This document shows, in pieces, positions 50,274-60,269 of a stretch of DNA of 64,000 nt. The notes beneath the pieces were generated by a model. The model saw nothing but the letters and a program-made list of their open reading frames with translations. It did no database searches and was not told the origin of the DNA. How positions within the stretch are numbered: the first letter of the stretch is position 1; the number at the start of each line of letters is the position of its first letter. The stretch spans positions 64,001-128,000 of the forward strand of contig CAVWBU010000032.1 of the NCBI GenBank assembly GCA_963753345.1, written 5' to 3'. Source of the stretch: an uncultured Fibrobacterota bacterium. GTDB lineage: Bacteria; Fibrobacterota; Chitinivibrionia; Chitinivibrionales; FEN-1185. The position numbers and the translations under genes were made by a program.

Positions 50274-51881
50274 ATGGAAATAACTCCCCGAAAAAACGAT
50301 CCTCGTGGGCACGTGTGCCTCGTGCTCCACGCCCACCTTCCGTACGTGCGCCATCAGGAATGCGAGTACTTCCTCGAGGAAAACTGGCTGTTTGAGGCCA
50401 TCACCGAAACGTACATCCCGCTGCTTGCCGTTCTGGAGAACTGCGCGGCCGACCGCGTGCCCTTCAGGATAACCATGTCGATGACGCCCCCGCTGGCGGC
50501 CATGCTGAGGGACGCGCTGCTGCAGGAGCGGTACGTGCGCCATATCGACCGTCTTATCGAGCTTGCGAAAAAGGAATGCGTCCGCACGAAGAGCGACCCT
50601 TCGTTCAACCGGACCGCGCGCATGTACCTCGACAAGTTCACCATGTGCAGGACCGTGTTCGTGGACGTTAACAAGTGCGACATCGTGAGGAATTTCCGGA
50701 AGCTCCAGGACCAAGGCGTCCTCGAAATAATCACCTGCGGCGCGACGCACGGGTTCCTGCCCACCATGCAGTTCAACCCCAATGCGGTGAAGGCGCAGGT
50801 GGAAGTGGCGGTGCAGTCCTACTTCGAGACGTTCGGCAGGAACCCGGTGGGCATGTGGCTTCCCGAGTGCGGCTACTACAACGGCCTCGAAAAGATTCTC
50901 GAGGCCGCCGGCATCCTGTATTTCTTTACCGACGCGCACGGCATCCTGTTTGCCGAGCCGAGGCCCAAATACGGGGTGTTCGCGCCCGTGTACTGCGCGG
51001 GGACCCATGTCGCCGCGTTCGGCCGCGACATCGAGTCGTCGAAATCGGTGTGGAGCTCGAAGGAAGGGTATCCCGGCGACCCCGACTACCGTGAGTTTTA
51101 CCGCGACATAGGGTTTGACCTCGACATCGACTATGTCCGGCCGTACATCGATCCCATCGGCATCCGCATCAACACGGGCATCAAGTACTACCGGATCACG
51201 GGAAAAACCGACCGCAAGGAACCCTACAACCACGAGGCAGCCCTTGCAAAAGCTGCTCTCCATGCGGGAAACTTCGTGTTCAACCGGGAAAAACAGATCG
51301 AATATCTCGCCTCCATCATGGACCGGAAGCCCCTCATCGTCGCGCCGTACGACGCGGAGCTGTTCGGCCACTGGTGGTACGAAGGGCCCGACTGGCTCAA
51401 CTTTCTTATCCGCAAAATCGCGTTCGAGCAGAACACGCTATCGCTGTGCACCGCGTCGGACTACCTTGCCGCCAACCCGCGCAACCAGAGCTGCAGCCCG
51501 TCGTTCTCGAGCTGGGGCTTTAAGGGGTATTCGGAGGTGTGGCTCGAGGGAACCAACGACTGGCTGTACCGCCATCTTCACAAAATGGAAGAACGCATGG
51601 TGGACTCCGCGCGCCGGTTTCCCGACGCCGCGGGCGTGTCGCGCCGCGTCCTCAACCAGATGGCCCGTGAACTTCTGCTTGCGCAGTCGAGCGACTGGGC
51701 CTTTATCATGAAGACCGGCACCATGGTGCAGTACGCGGTGCGGCGGTCAAAGGAGCACATCGCGAACTTCAACCGGCTGTTCGACGAGCTCAGCGGCGGA
51801 AGCATCGACGAGAATTTTCTGTCGCTTCTCGAATCGCACAATAATATTTTTCCAAATATCAATTACCGGGTGTATGCTTAG
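50274..51881 (+). CDS. GH57 1,4-alpha-glucan branching enzyme (DUF1957)
   Basis: HAHLPYVRH, EAITETYIP, GMWLPECGY, PYDAELFGHWWYEG, ELLLAQSSDWAF. Confidence 0.95.
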   Translation: MEITPRKNDPRGHVCLVLHAHLPYVRHQECEYFLEENWLFEAITETYIPLLAVLENCAADRVPFRITMSMTPPLAAMLRDALLQERYVRHIDRLIELAKKECVRTKSDPSFNRTARMYLDKFTMCRTVFVDVNKCDIVRNFRKLQDQGVLEIITCGATHGFLPTMQFNPNAVKAQVEVAVQSYFETFGRNPVGMWLPECGYYNGLEKILEAAGILYFFTDAHGILFAEPRPKYGVFAPVYCAGTHVAAFGRDIESSKSVWSSKEGYPGDPDYREFYRDIGFDLDIDYVRPYIDPIGIRINTGIKYYRITGKTDRKEPYNHEAALAKAALHAGNFVFNREKQIEYLASIMDRKPLIVAPYDAELFGHWWYEGPDWLNFLIRKIAFEQNTLSLCTASDYLAANPRNQSCSPSFSSWGFKGYSEVWLEGTNDWLYRHLHKMEERMVDSARRFPDAAGVSRRVLNQMARELLLAQSSDWAFIMKTGTMVQYAVRRSKEHIANFNRLFDELSGGSIDENFLSLLESHNNIFPNINYRVYA

Positions 51882-51936
51882 GAGTGATCGAGGATATTCG
51901 CCACAACAGACTGCGTCTTAACAGAAGGAGAGGACC

Positions 51937-52710
51937 ATGAAACGGTTTGCAATACTCGCGGCTGTGGTTCTTGCGGCATGCGGTGCGGCAGTGGGACAGC
52001 AGAAGGAGACGTTCGACATTTACGGTGTCCTGGGATACGGCTTCGGGATTGGAGGCAGAGACCTCGGGGCGTCGCAGACATTTTCAGGAGGAACCCTTAC
52101 TGAGAAGACTGATAACTATATCAACTACGGAGCTGGACTGAAAATCGAGGGGGGCGCGAGCTACAAACTCATGCAGCATTTGTATGGCCAGGCTGCGCTC
52201 TGCTATTCCAATGGACTGTTCGGCATCAAGAAGGACGTGAACCAAGTCGGGGTCGATGAGGTGACCGATCAGTATTCCTTCTCTACGTTCGGCATAAAGG
52301 TCCTTGCTAAGCCCACATTCCAGGTATTTGATCTTTTCAACGCCTACACCAGTTTCGGTATCGGGTTGTATTTCGCGTTTTCGTCCATCGACCACAAGGA
52401 AACGGCCGGCGGCATGTCTGCAAGAGCTGACGACAGCAACTGGCCAAGCCTGGCGTTTACCGGCGCGCTCGGATTGGAATATCCTCTCAACCGAAGCGTG
52501 GTACTTTTCGGCGAAGTGTATTGCGAAGAGATGGGTTTCATGCTGCATGAAAGGACGGTGTCAAATTCCAATTACCCCGCCGGCGATCCGTGGGCCAACG
52601 GAACAACTACCTTTGAGGCGAATTCAAAAGACCCGAATATTAAAACACCAGAAAACATTCCGGGCTCCAATGCGGCCATCCGCGTGGGTGTCAGGATTCC
52701 GCTATTATAG
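51937..52710 (+). CDS. outer-membrane beta-barrel protein
   Basis: signal peptide; amphipathic strands; C-terminal AIRVGVRIPLL; RBS AGGAG. Confidence 0.75.
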   Translation: MKRFAILAAVVLAACGAAVGQQKETFDIYGVLGYGFGIGGRDLGASQTFSGGTLTEKTDNYINYGAGLKIEGGASYKLMQHLYGQAALCYSNGLFGIKKDVNQVGVDEVTDQYSFSTFGIKVLAKPTFQVFDLFNAYTSFGIGLYFAFSSIDHKETAGGMSARADDSNWPSLAFTGALGLEYPLNRSVVLFGEVYCEEMGFMLHERTVSNSNYPAGDPWANGTTTFEANSKDPNIKTPENIPGSNAAIRVGVRIPLL

Positions 52711-52749
52711 ATTCTGTTCATTCAATAAATAATTCTTTACAAAAGATTT

Positions 52750-52788
52750 AGGCGCTCCGACGTTTTCACAGCGGGGCGCTTCTATTTT
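52750..52788 (+). terminator. probable intrinsic terminator
   Basis: AGGCGCTCCG..CGGGGCGCTT stem followed by CTATTTT. Confidence 0.5.
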
Positions 52789-53020
52789 CACCTCGGCCTT
52801 CGCACTTTGGGGGTCGGGAGGTTCTCACTATCGTTTCGCAAGGGTAAGGCAGTGGTGCTTTGCACCATTTATTATGTCACTTGCCCTTTCACTCCCGAGC
52901 CCAGACCCACTTTGTTGTCACTTGCGTTCCCCAGGGCAAGGTAGTTGGTGCTTCGCACCAGATATTATGTCTCTTGCCCTGTCAGCAGCGAAAGAAAGTA
53001 GGCAAAGAACGCCGCGCCTG

Positions 53021-53153
53021 CAGCGCCGCAACAACCCCTCGGCCTCCGGGCCGCTCGTGAACTCACCCGGCAGGACAAGGGCTTTACTTTGCATTAAGAT
53101 GCCGGGCTCGAACAGCACGAGCGGCCAACCCTCCGGCCTCGGGGGCGGCGCTG
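53021..53153 (-). other. long interrupted hairpin of unknown type, back-to-back with module B (locus 9)
   Basis: nested stems CAGCGCCGC/GCGGCGCTG, GGCCGCTCGTG/CACGAGCGGCC, CCCGGCA/TGCCGGG. Confidence 0.55.
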
Positions 53154-53241
53154 ATGGCGGAAGGAAAAGCGGACAAGTCATTCGAATCTTCGCAAGCCGC
53201 TATTGACAATTGCGTAATGTTCCCCTGTTTTTCAACTACCG

Positions 53242-53362
53242 CTCTTGGGTGCCCCCACACAGCACCATGGTTCTGCAACCGCCTCCACTCGGGGTGCACC
53301 CAGGAGGGGGTAGCGGAGGACGCCGAAGGCGGCTGAAGCGAGGGGGAAACTTCCCCCACAAA
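53242..53362 (+). repeat. structured repeat module B (locus 9)
   Basis: GGGTGCCCCC..GGGGTGCACCCAGGAGGGGGTAGCGGAGGACGCCGAAGGCGGCTGAAGCGAGGGGGAAACTTCCCCCAC. Confidence 0.85.
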
Positions 53363-53363
53363 A

Positions 53364-53726
53364 TTATTTCTTTCTTCTCTCACTCATCTCCACTGCCACA
53401 CTCTTCGCATATCGCAGCGCCTGTGGTTTGTCAACCCTCACCGTCGCGCCTGTCACGCGCTGGTCTTCCATCACAATCTCCAGCACTCTTGCGGCAAGTT
53501 TCTCAAGAAGCCGATATCGTGAACCTTCAATCTCTGCCATGATTTTTCTCTTGAGTGCCTTGTAATTTACCGTATCGGAAATCGAATCCGTTTGAGCTGC
53601 CTTGGATGCGTCGAACTCAAACGAGAGGTTGATGATCACATCTTGTTTTACGTCGCGTTCCCATTCGTTGTCGCCGATCACGGTGCGGAGAAGCAGGTCG
53701 ACGATCGACAGCTTTGCAAAAGGCAT
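53364..53726 (-). CDS. folB: dihydroneopterin aldolase/epimerase
   Basis: IG..EWER..KQDV, D.I.DTVNY, LLEKLA, VRVDKP.A. Confidence 0.9.
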   Translation of the reverse strand: MPFAKLSIVDLLLRTVIGDNEWERDVKQDVIINLSFEFDASKAAQTDSISDTVNYKALKRKIMAEIEGSRYRLLEKLAARVLEIVMEDQRVTGATVRVDKPQALRYAKSVAVEMSERRKK

Positions 53727-53824
53727 TGAAATCCTCCCCTGAAAATGACTGCCTCCCGTAAAGTGGACGGGCAGGGAATTATTTTACAGTGGTCAAGGGT
53801 ATCCGAAAAAAAACAGGTTCCATC

Positions 53825-55855
53825 ATGAAAGATACTACAAAGCCGCGTCGGCCGGAACTTCTCGCGCCCGCCGGCACCGTGGAGTGCTTCCGTGCGGCCA
53901 TTGACGCGGGCGCAAACGCCGTGTACCTCGGGCTCACCGATTTCAACGCGCGGCTCCGCGCCCGCAACTTCACCATGAAGACCCTCTCATACGCGGTGCC
54001 GTTCGCGCACGCAAGGGGCGTGCGGGTGTATGTGACATTCAACACGCTTGTCAAGCAGGCGGAGCTCGGGCGCGCCGTTGATTTCCTGTACCAGATCGAG
54101 CAGATCGGCGTGGACGCGGTCATCGTTCAGGACATGGGAATCGCGCGGATTGCGGCCGCGGAGTTTCCGCGCTTGCGCCTGCACGCGAGCACGCAGACGG
54201 CCGTGCACAACAGCGCGGGCGCGGACGCCTGCAGGCGGCTCGGATTCCGTCGCGTGGTGCTTGCGCGCGAGCTCACGCTCGCGGAAATCGGCACAATATG
54301 CGCTGCCTCCAAGATCGAAGTAGAGGTGTTCGTGCACGGCGCACTGTGTTATTCGATTTCGGGCGAGTGCCTTGCGTCAAGTTTTTTCGGCGGATCGAGC
54401 GGCAACCGCGGCAGGTGCACGCAGGTGTGCAGGCGCGCGTTCGACAGGCTGCCGACTGCGAAGGGCGCAGCGCAGGATATTTTTTCTCGCCCAGCGACCT
54501 TTCCGCAGTCGACTCGGCTGCCGCAATTGGCGCGGCAGGCGTGGCGAGCCTCAAGATCGAGGGCCGCATGAAGGCGACCCAGTACGTTCGACGCCGCGAC
54601 AGGCGCTTTCCGGATGGTGCTTGACGATCCGGGAAAAACGGAAGAGGCCAAGCTGCGGCTGTCGCGCGATATGGGGAGAAGGAAAACAAGGCTTTTTCTT
54701 GACGGCATTGTTCATGACGGGATCATCGACCACGTGAACCCGTCGGGCACGGGAATTCCCCTCGGCACGCTTGTTAAAGTTGACGGACGGGAGATCGTCG
54801 TGGCGGCCGCGGAGCGGCCCGGAGCAGGCGATCTGATACGGGTGCACCCGAAGGATGGGACCGAAGGAGTGACGGCGGCCGTGGAGAGCGTTACCGTCAA
54901 AGGAGACGAGGTACACATCATCCTTGATAAAGTCATTGAGTGCGGTCCCGGTGATTCGGCATATCTCGTCGGCTCCGAGAAATCGGCGGGGAAAGGCGAT
55001 ACGAAGTTCGACGTAAAGCCCGCGGGGTTCCGCGAAAACCTCCGGGACAGCTTTGCCATGGCGCGCCGTCACAGCGCGCCGCCTCCGGTCCAGGCAAACC
55101 GCGACCGCCGGCTGTTTGTCAGAATAGACTCGTTTGACTGGCTTCCGCTGCTTGACGCGCCGGACATTGGAGGAGTAATTTGCGCTTTCGACAAAGATGG
55201 CGTGCGGCGTCTGGCGGGTGATGAAGAGGCGAAGAAAAAGCTCGGTCGCGCCGCCTATGTCGAGCCGCCGCCGTTCATAGGGGAAGGTGAGCTTGCGGAA
55301 TGGCGGGGGATTGTGCGCGAGATGTGTGCCGGGGATACATTCGGCCTGATGGCCGCGAACCTGGGGCATGTTCCGCTTGCCGCCGGCATCGTGCGCGTGC
55401 GGGCCGACTTCCAGCTGTGGTGCCTCAACCGGGCGGCGCAGGCCGCGTACCGCGGCCTCGGCATGAAACACTTCACCTATTCCCTCGAAGACGACTCGAT
55501 GAACATCCGCGAATGCGCTTCACAGAACGGAATGATGTATCTGTTTACGCACGTGCCGCTGTTCGTTTCCAGGATAAAGCCGGCGGTCGAGCCGGGTGCG
55601 CGCTTGGTTGACCGGTTGGGGCGAAAGACGTTTGTCGCGGAAAAACATGGGCTGCACTACCTTGTGGCGGAGGAGACGGTGTGCCTTTTTCACAAGCGCC
55701 GAAGGCTTGAGGAACTCGGCATCCTCACGTTCTGCGTTGATCTGAGTTTCATGGAGCCGGACGGGAAGGTTCTGGGTGAGATTCTGGATTGCTATACAAA
55801 CGAGAAGAAGTTTCCGGGGTCGTGCCTTTTTAATTTCAAGGGCGGTCTAAAATAG
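53825..55855 (+). CDS. U32-family protein (RlhA/TrhP-like), two apparent frameshifts near 54450 and 54590
   Basis: PELLAPAG, GANAVYLG, HASTQ, VVLAREL, EVFVHGALC..SGEC, NRGRC.Q.CR; then SPSDL and SLKIEGRMK in another frame. Confidence 0.88.
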
Positions 55856-55875
55856 CTCTTACAGAGATGATACTG

Positions 55876-56348
55876 TTGGTGGGGGAAGTATCCCCCTCGC
55901 TGCGGCCCGGCGCTACCTAACAACTCAACTCTCGTCAATCGCGCCGGTCCTTCGCTACCCCCTCCTGGGTGGCCGCCTTGACAAAGCGGTAGCAAAACCA
56001 TGTATTGCTGTGGCGGCACCCACGGAGAATAGTTGAAACGTTGAATAGTTGAAAAGCCAATACCAGAAAACTGGACAAAGAAAAACAAGTGTCATTGCGA
56101 GCGCAGCGAAGCAATCTCCCAATGATTTTTACCTAAAAGAACCTTGTCTGATTTGCTGCGAATGCCGATTGGCGTGAGAATGTAACTTGACGGAATAGAG
56201 TTCTTCTGCCGCGCGTTAGGTGGACCGGAGGGTGAGCTAGAGCGAATTGCCGGCCGACCCCGGCCGAAGGCCATCGGGGCGGTCCGGCAACGAGGCGAAC
56301 AGCCGAGCCCGCAGGGAGACCGACCCCGCGAAGCGGGGGAACGCCCAA
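55876..56348. mobile_element. bipartite structured repeat, locus 10: B (-, 55876-56027), REP-like element (56090-56120), A (+, 56207-56348)
   Basis: back-to-back modules; 55876-56120 is an inverted homolog of 4965-5222. Confidence 0.6.
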
Positions 56349-56372
56349 ATCTTCTTAAGAAATTAATTTGAA

Positions 56373-57143
56373 TTATAAGTGTTGGCCCTCAGGCGGCACA
56401 TCGGGCAGGGGACTCATGTTAAAGTAGAGCTTTACAAACAGGGTAAACGCCTCTTCGAATTTCTTTCCGTACGACACTTCCGGGTTGCGGCCCGGGTTGT
56501 CGAGCTCGAGCTTCTGCCACTCCTTCAGCTGATACACCAGTTCCCTCGATATGATGCGCAATTTGATGATCTGGTTGTTCTGCGTCTGCCACGCATGTAT
56601 CCGCGCGTCGGATTTGGGAGAGGTGAGCGAGATGTCGAAGGCCGAGTCGGGGATGCAGATGCTTTTCGGCAGGGCGTAGGGAGAGTTGCGCGCCGCGCAA
56701 TACAAGAAGTAAAAACCTTTCAGGAACCGCGGGAAGAACGCGTCGAGGTACAAAAGCTTGTCCCACCGCTCGTGCTGCAGGTCGCGCTCGAAGGTCTCGA
56801 GCGTCGGAATAAACGTTTTGACCACGCGGTTGAGAATGTCCGCCTCAAAACTTGAAATCATGAATGCCTTGTCGGGCGGCTCATCGTGCATGATTTTCTG
56901 GCGCCCGTCCTTGGTCACCTTCACTTCGAAGTCGGTGACCGGCGCGATAAGGACGTAGTACGATTCGTCTTCGTCGGAACCGCCGAAACTCACCTTCACT
57001 TTTTCAAATTGATGGGTCTCGTCGTTGAAGGAGACGTTGAGCCGCGCAAGAGGAATTCCGTAGGACGTGCGTTTGCCCGGTGTTTCCGCGCCCGCGAGGG
57101 AGAGCAGCGCAATGATCGCGATGAGTAGGATCTGAGGAACCAC
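56373..57143 (-). CDS. exported hypothetical protein
   Basis: signal-like N-terminus (ILLIAIIALLSLAGA); host codon usage. Confidence 0.7.
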   Translation of the reverse strand: MVPQILLIAIIALLSLAGAETPGKRTSYGIPLARLNVSFNDETHQFEKVKVSFGGSDEDESYYVLIAPVTDFEVKVTKDGRQKIMHDEPPDKAFMISSFEADILNRVVKTFIPTLETFERDLQHERWDKLLYLDAFFPRFLKGFYFLYCAARNSPYALPKSICIPDSAFDISLTSPKSDARIHAWQTQNNQIIKLRIISRELVYQLKEWQKLELDNPGRNPEVSYGKKFEEAFTLFVKLYFNMSPLPDVPPEGQHL

Positions 57144-57166
57144 GATCCCCCATTCCGTGTTTCAGC

Positions 57167-57886
57167 TCAAACAGCCCGATCCGCCTGGTTCTCCTCCGCA
57201 ATCAGCAGTATGCGCGGATCAAGCTTCAGGTTCAAGTCGGACGCCATCACGGCATCATGGTCTTTCACGAGGTTCAAGTGAATGAAATCACCCCGCGGCT
57301 GAAGACAGATGAGGATGGCGATGTCGTCCATAAACGGCGACAGCATCGGGGGCACACGGTCCTTGCCGGTCGCGTCTTCCTTGAGCGTGGCGCTGAACCA
57401 GAGCTCGAAACCGTTGTCGCGCGCGAAACGCCTGAATTCCGAAAATTCCCCGGCGGTCGCCTTGTTGAAATTGTATCCGTCCACGACGATAGTTTCAACG
57501 GAAAAATTCCCTTTCTCGATAAGCGTGCGGATGTTCTTTTCGATCTTTTCGACCGAAACGTTGGCCTGCTCGAAATTCATCACGAGCCTGTTTCTTATTA
57601 TATCATCATGAACGTCCATGGCGCAATCAAGTTTATACCTCCGCGCGATTTCCTGGAAAATATCCTCGTACCACCGCACGATGTGCCCGATGTTGCCCGA
57701 GTACGAAAGGTGGATGATGTGCTTGCCCTGAAAGAGCTGATCGGTTGCGATGTGCACGAGACACGCGGTCTTGCCGATGCCTTTCCGCGCGGCGATCACG
57801 CCGATGTTCCCTGTGCCCACGCCGCCGCGCGTTGACTTTTCGAGAATCCTGAGCGGGCTTCTCCGGATCAGTTCCTGCCGTACCAT
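57167..57886 (-). CDS. RecA/KaiC-fold P-loop ATPase-like protein
   Basis: GVIAARKGIGKTACLV, IVVDG, ELWFSA; RBS GGAGGA. Confidence 0.8.
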   Translation of the reverse strand: MVRQELIRRSPLRILEKSTRGGVGTGNIGVIAARKGIGKTACLVHIATDQLFQGKHIIHLSYSGNIGHIVRWYEDIFQEIARRYKLDCAMDVHDDIIRNRLVMNFEQANVSVEKIEKNIRTLIEKGNFSVETIVVDGYNFNKATAGEFSEFRRFARDNGFELWFSATLKEDATGKDRVPPMLSPFMDDIAILICLQPRGDFIHLNLVKDHDAVMASDLNLKLDPRILLIAEENQADRAV

Positions 57887-57926
57887 GCTCCGTTCCTCCG
57901 TGTGGTTTGTTGCCGGGCGAGTGCGG

Positions 57927-60012
57927 TCAGGCCCGCTTCTTCGCCTGTTCCTGGTACTGTTTGACAAGCTCCTCGCACGTGCCCGCCGGCACCTTGCCGT
58001 AGCGGGCGAATTCCATGGTGAAATTCGCCTTGCCCTGCGTGATGGAGCGCAGCACGGTCGAGTAGCCGAACATCTCCGCGAGCGGGACCTCGGCGTCCAC
58101 GCGCGAGAAGGTGTTGTCTTCCGAAGTGCTGATGATGATGCCGCGCCGCTGGTTGATGGACGCGAGTGCGTTGCCCTGGAACTCGGCCGGCCCTTCTATC
58201 GAAACTTTCATGATGGGTTCGAGGATCTCCGGTTTTGCCCTGTCGTAGGCCTGGCGGAACGCGCCGATGGCCGCGAGCTGAAACGCCATGTCCGATGAGT
58301 CAACCGGATGCGACTGGCCGTCGTTGATGGTGACCTTGACGCCTACAATGGGGAAGCCGATTACGGTGCCTTTCGCGAGGCATGCCTTGAATCCCTTGTC
58401 GCACGACGGGATGAATTCCCGCGGTATGTCGCCGCCTTTGATCTCGTCGACGAACTCGTAGTCCTTGTCGTGCATGGGTTCCATGATGCCGGCCACACGA
58501 CCATACTGGCCCGAACCGCCGGTCTGTTTCTTGTGCGTGTAGTCAAATTCCACGCGCGCCGTTATGGTCTCCCGGTAGGCCACCTGGGGCATGCCGGTAT
58601 CGAGTTCGACGTTGTATTCGCGCCGCATTCTCTCTATGTAAATTTCGAGGTGCAGCTCGCCCATGCCCCGGATGATGGTCTCCTTTGATTCGGGGTCCAC
58701 GAAGGCGTGGAACGTGGGGTCTTCCTTGGAGAACCGGTTGAGCGCCTTCGACATATTGTCGTCCGATTTCTTGTCTTTGGGCTTGATGGCGAGGGAGATG
58801 ACCGGGTCGGGAACGTACATTGACGTTAGCGAATAGTGCAGGTCTGTCTGCGAGAAGGTGTCGCCGGAGGCGCAGTCGATGCCGAACAGGGCCACGATAT
58901 CGCCGCAGGGAGCGTACTGGATGTCCTCCATGGCGCTGGCGTGCATGCGCACGAGCCTGCCCACCTTGAATGTCCTGCCGGTGCGGTTGTTCCTCAGTTC
59001 GTCGCCCTTCTTGAGCGAACCCTGGTAGATGCGGATGTAGGTGAGTTGGCCGTAGTGGCCGTCTTCGAGTTTGAATGCAAGGGCCACGGCGGGCATGTCG
59101 TCCTTCGCCGCAAGGGGCACCTCGGCTTCGTTGTTGTCAAGGTCGAGCGCGCTGTACTGCCGGTCGAGCGGCGAGGGAAGATAGTCGACGACCGCGTCGA
59201 GGAGCGGCTGCACGGCCTTGTTTTTGTAGGCCGAGCCGACAAACACCGGCGTCAGGTCGAGCGAGAGCACGCCCTTGCGCACCGCCGTGCGGATTTGCTC
59301 CTCGGTTGCCTTTCCGTCAAGATACGCCTCGGCGAGTTCGTCGCAGTACATCGAGACCGCGTCGATGAGCTCCACGCGCCGGGCCTCGGCCTCGTCGGCG
59401 AGCGTCGGCCGGGATCGCGTCTTCGCGAAGGTCTTCGCCGTGCCCGCCCTCGAAATACAGCGCCTTCATGGTAACGAGGTCCACCACGCCCGTGAATTTG
59501 TCCTCCAGGCCGATGGGGATCTGCATGAGCACCGCGTTATGGCCGAGCTTGTCGCAGAGCTGCTCCTTCACGCGGTAGGGGTTGGCGCCCGCACGGTCGC
59601 ATTTGTTGATAAACGCGATCCTCGGCACCTTGTAGCGCTTGAGCTGGCGGTCCACGGTGATCGATTGCGACTGCACGCCCCCCACGGAGCACAGCACCAG
59701 CACCGCGCCGTCGAGAACGCGGAGGGCGCGCTCCACTTCGATGGTGAAGTCGACGTGCCCGGGCGTGTCGATAAGGTTGATCGGGTGCTCGCGCCACTCC
59801 ACGTTGGTGGCGGCCGAGGCGATGGTGATCCCCCGCTCGCGCTCCAGTTCCATGGAGTCCATAGTGGCGCCGACGCCGTCCTTGCCCTTCACCTCGTGGA
59901 TGGCGTGGATCTTGTTGCAATAGTACAGGATCCGCTCGGAAAGCGTTGTCTTGCCCGAGTCGATGTGGGCGCTGATGCCGATGTTCCTCATTGTCGAAAC
60001 GTCAATTGCCAT
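57927..60012 (-). CDS. fusA: elongation factor G (single-base frameshift near 59405)
   Basis: [57 protein letters not shown]. Confidence 0.97.
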
Positions 60013-60269
60013 GATACGAAGGTCTCCTCGGGAATCTGAAAATCACGCGACTAAAATACTTCCATGACGATGCTATCACAGGCTTTTTGTCCCGGATGCG
60101 GGACCGGATATTCTGTGCGGTGGCGCTTTCGGGGAGGCCAAAACAACAGAGCGGCCGTGATATTTCCGGCGGAAAAAAACCGTACCAAAATACTTTGCGG
60201 AGCCTCGGGCGCGGCAAAGAAATATCTTGGTTGATGTCGAACGGAGAAAAAGGTAAATTCCTATTCCCC

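Noticed and set aside
53155..53172. CGGAAGGAAAAGC resembling the SRP RNA domain IV loop
   Set aside because: It lacks the upstream CAGG partner and the enclosing helix.
14043..60012. Frameshifts in the HD gene, lysC, the AraC gene, the U32 gene (two) and fusA as true pseudogenes or programmed frameshifts
   Set aside because: These are small indels in otherwise intact genes with no other decay and no shared slippery motif. Together with the garbled 5' region, sequencing error is more likely; read-level checking is needed.
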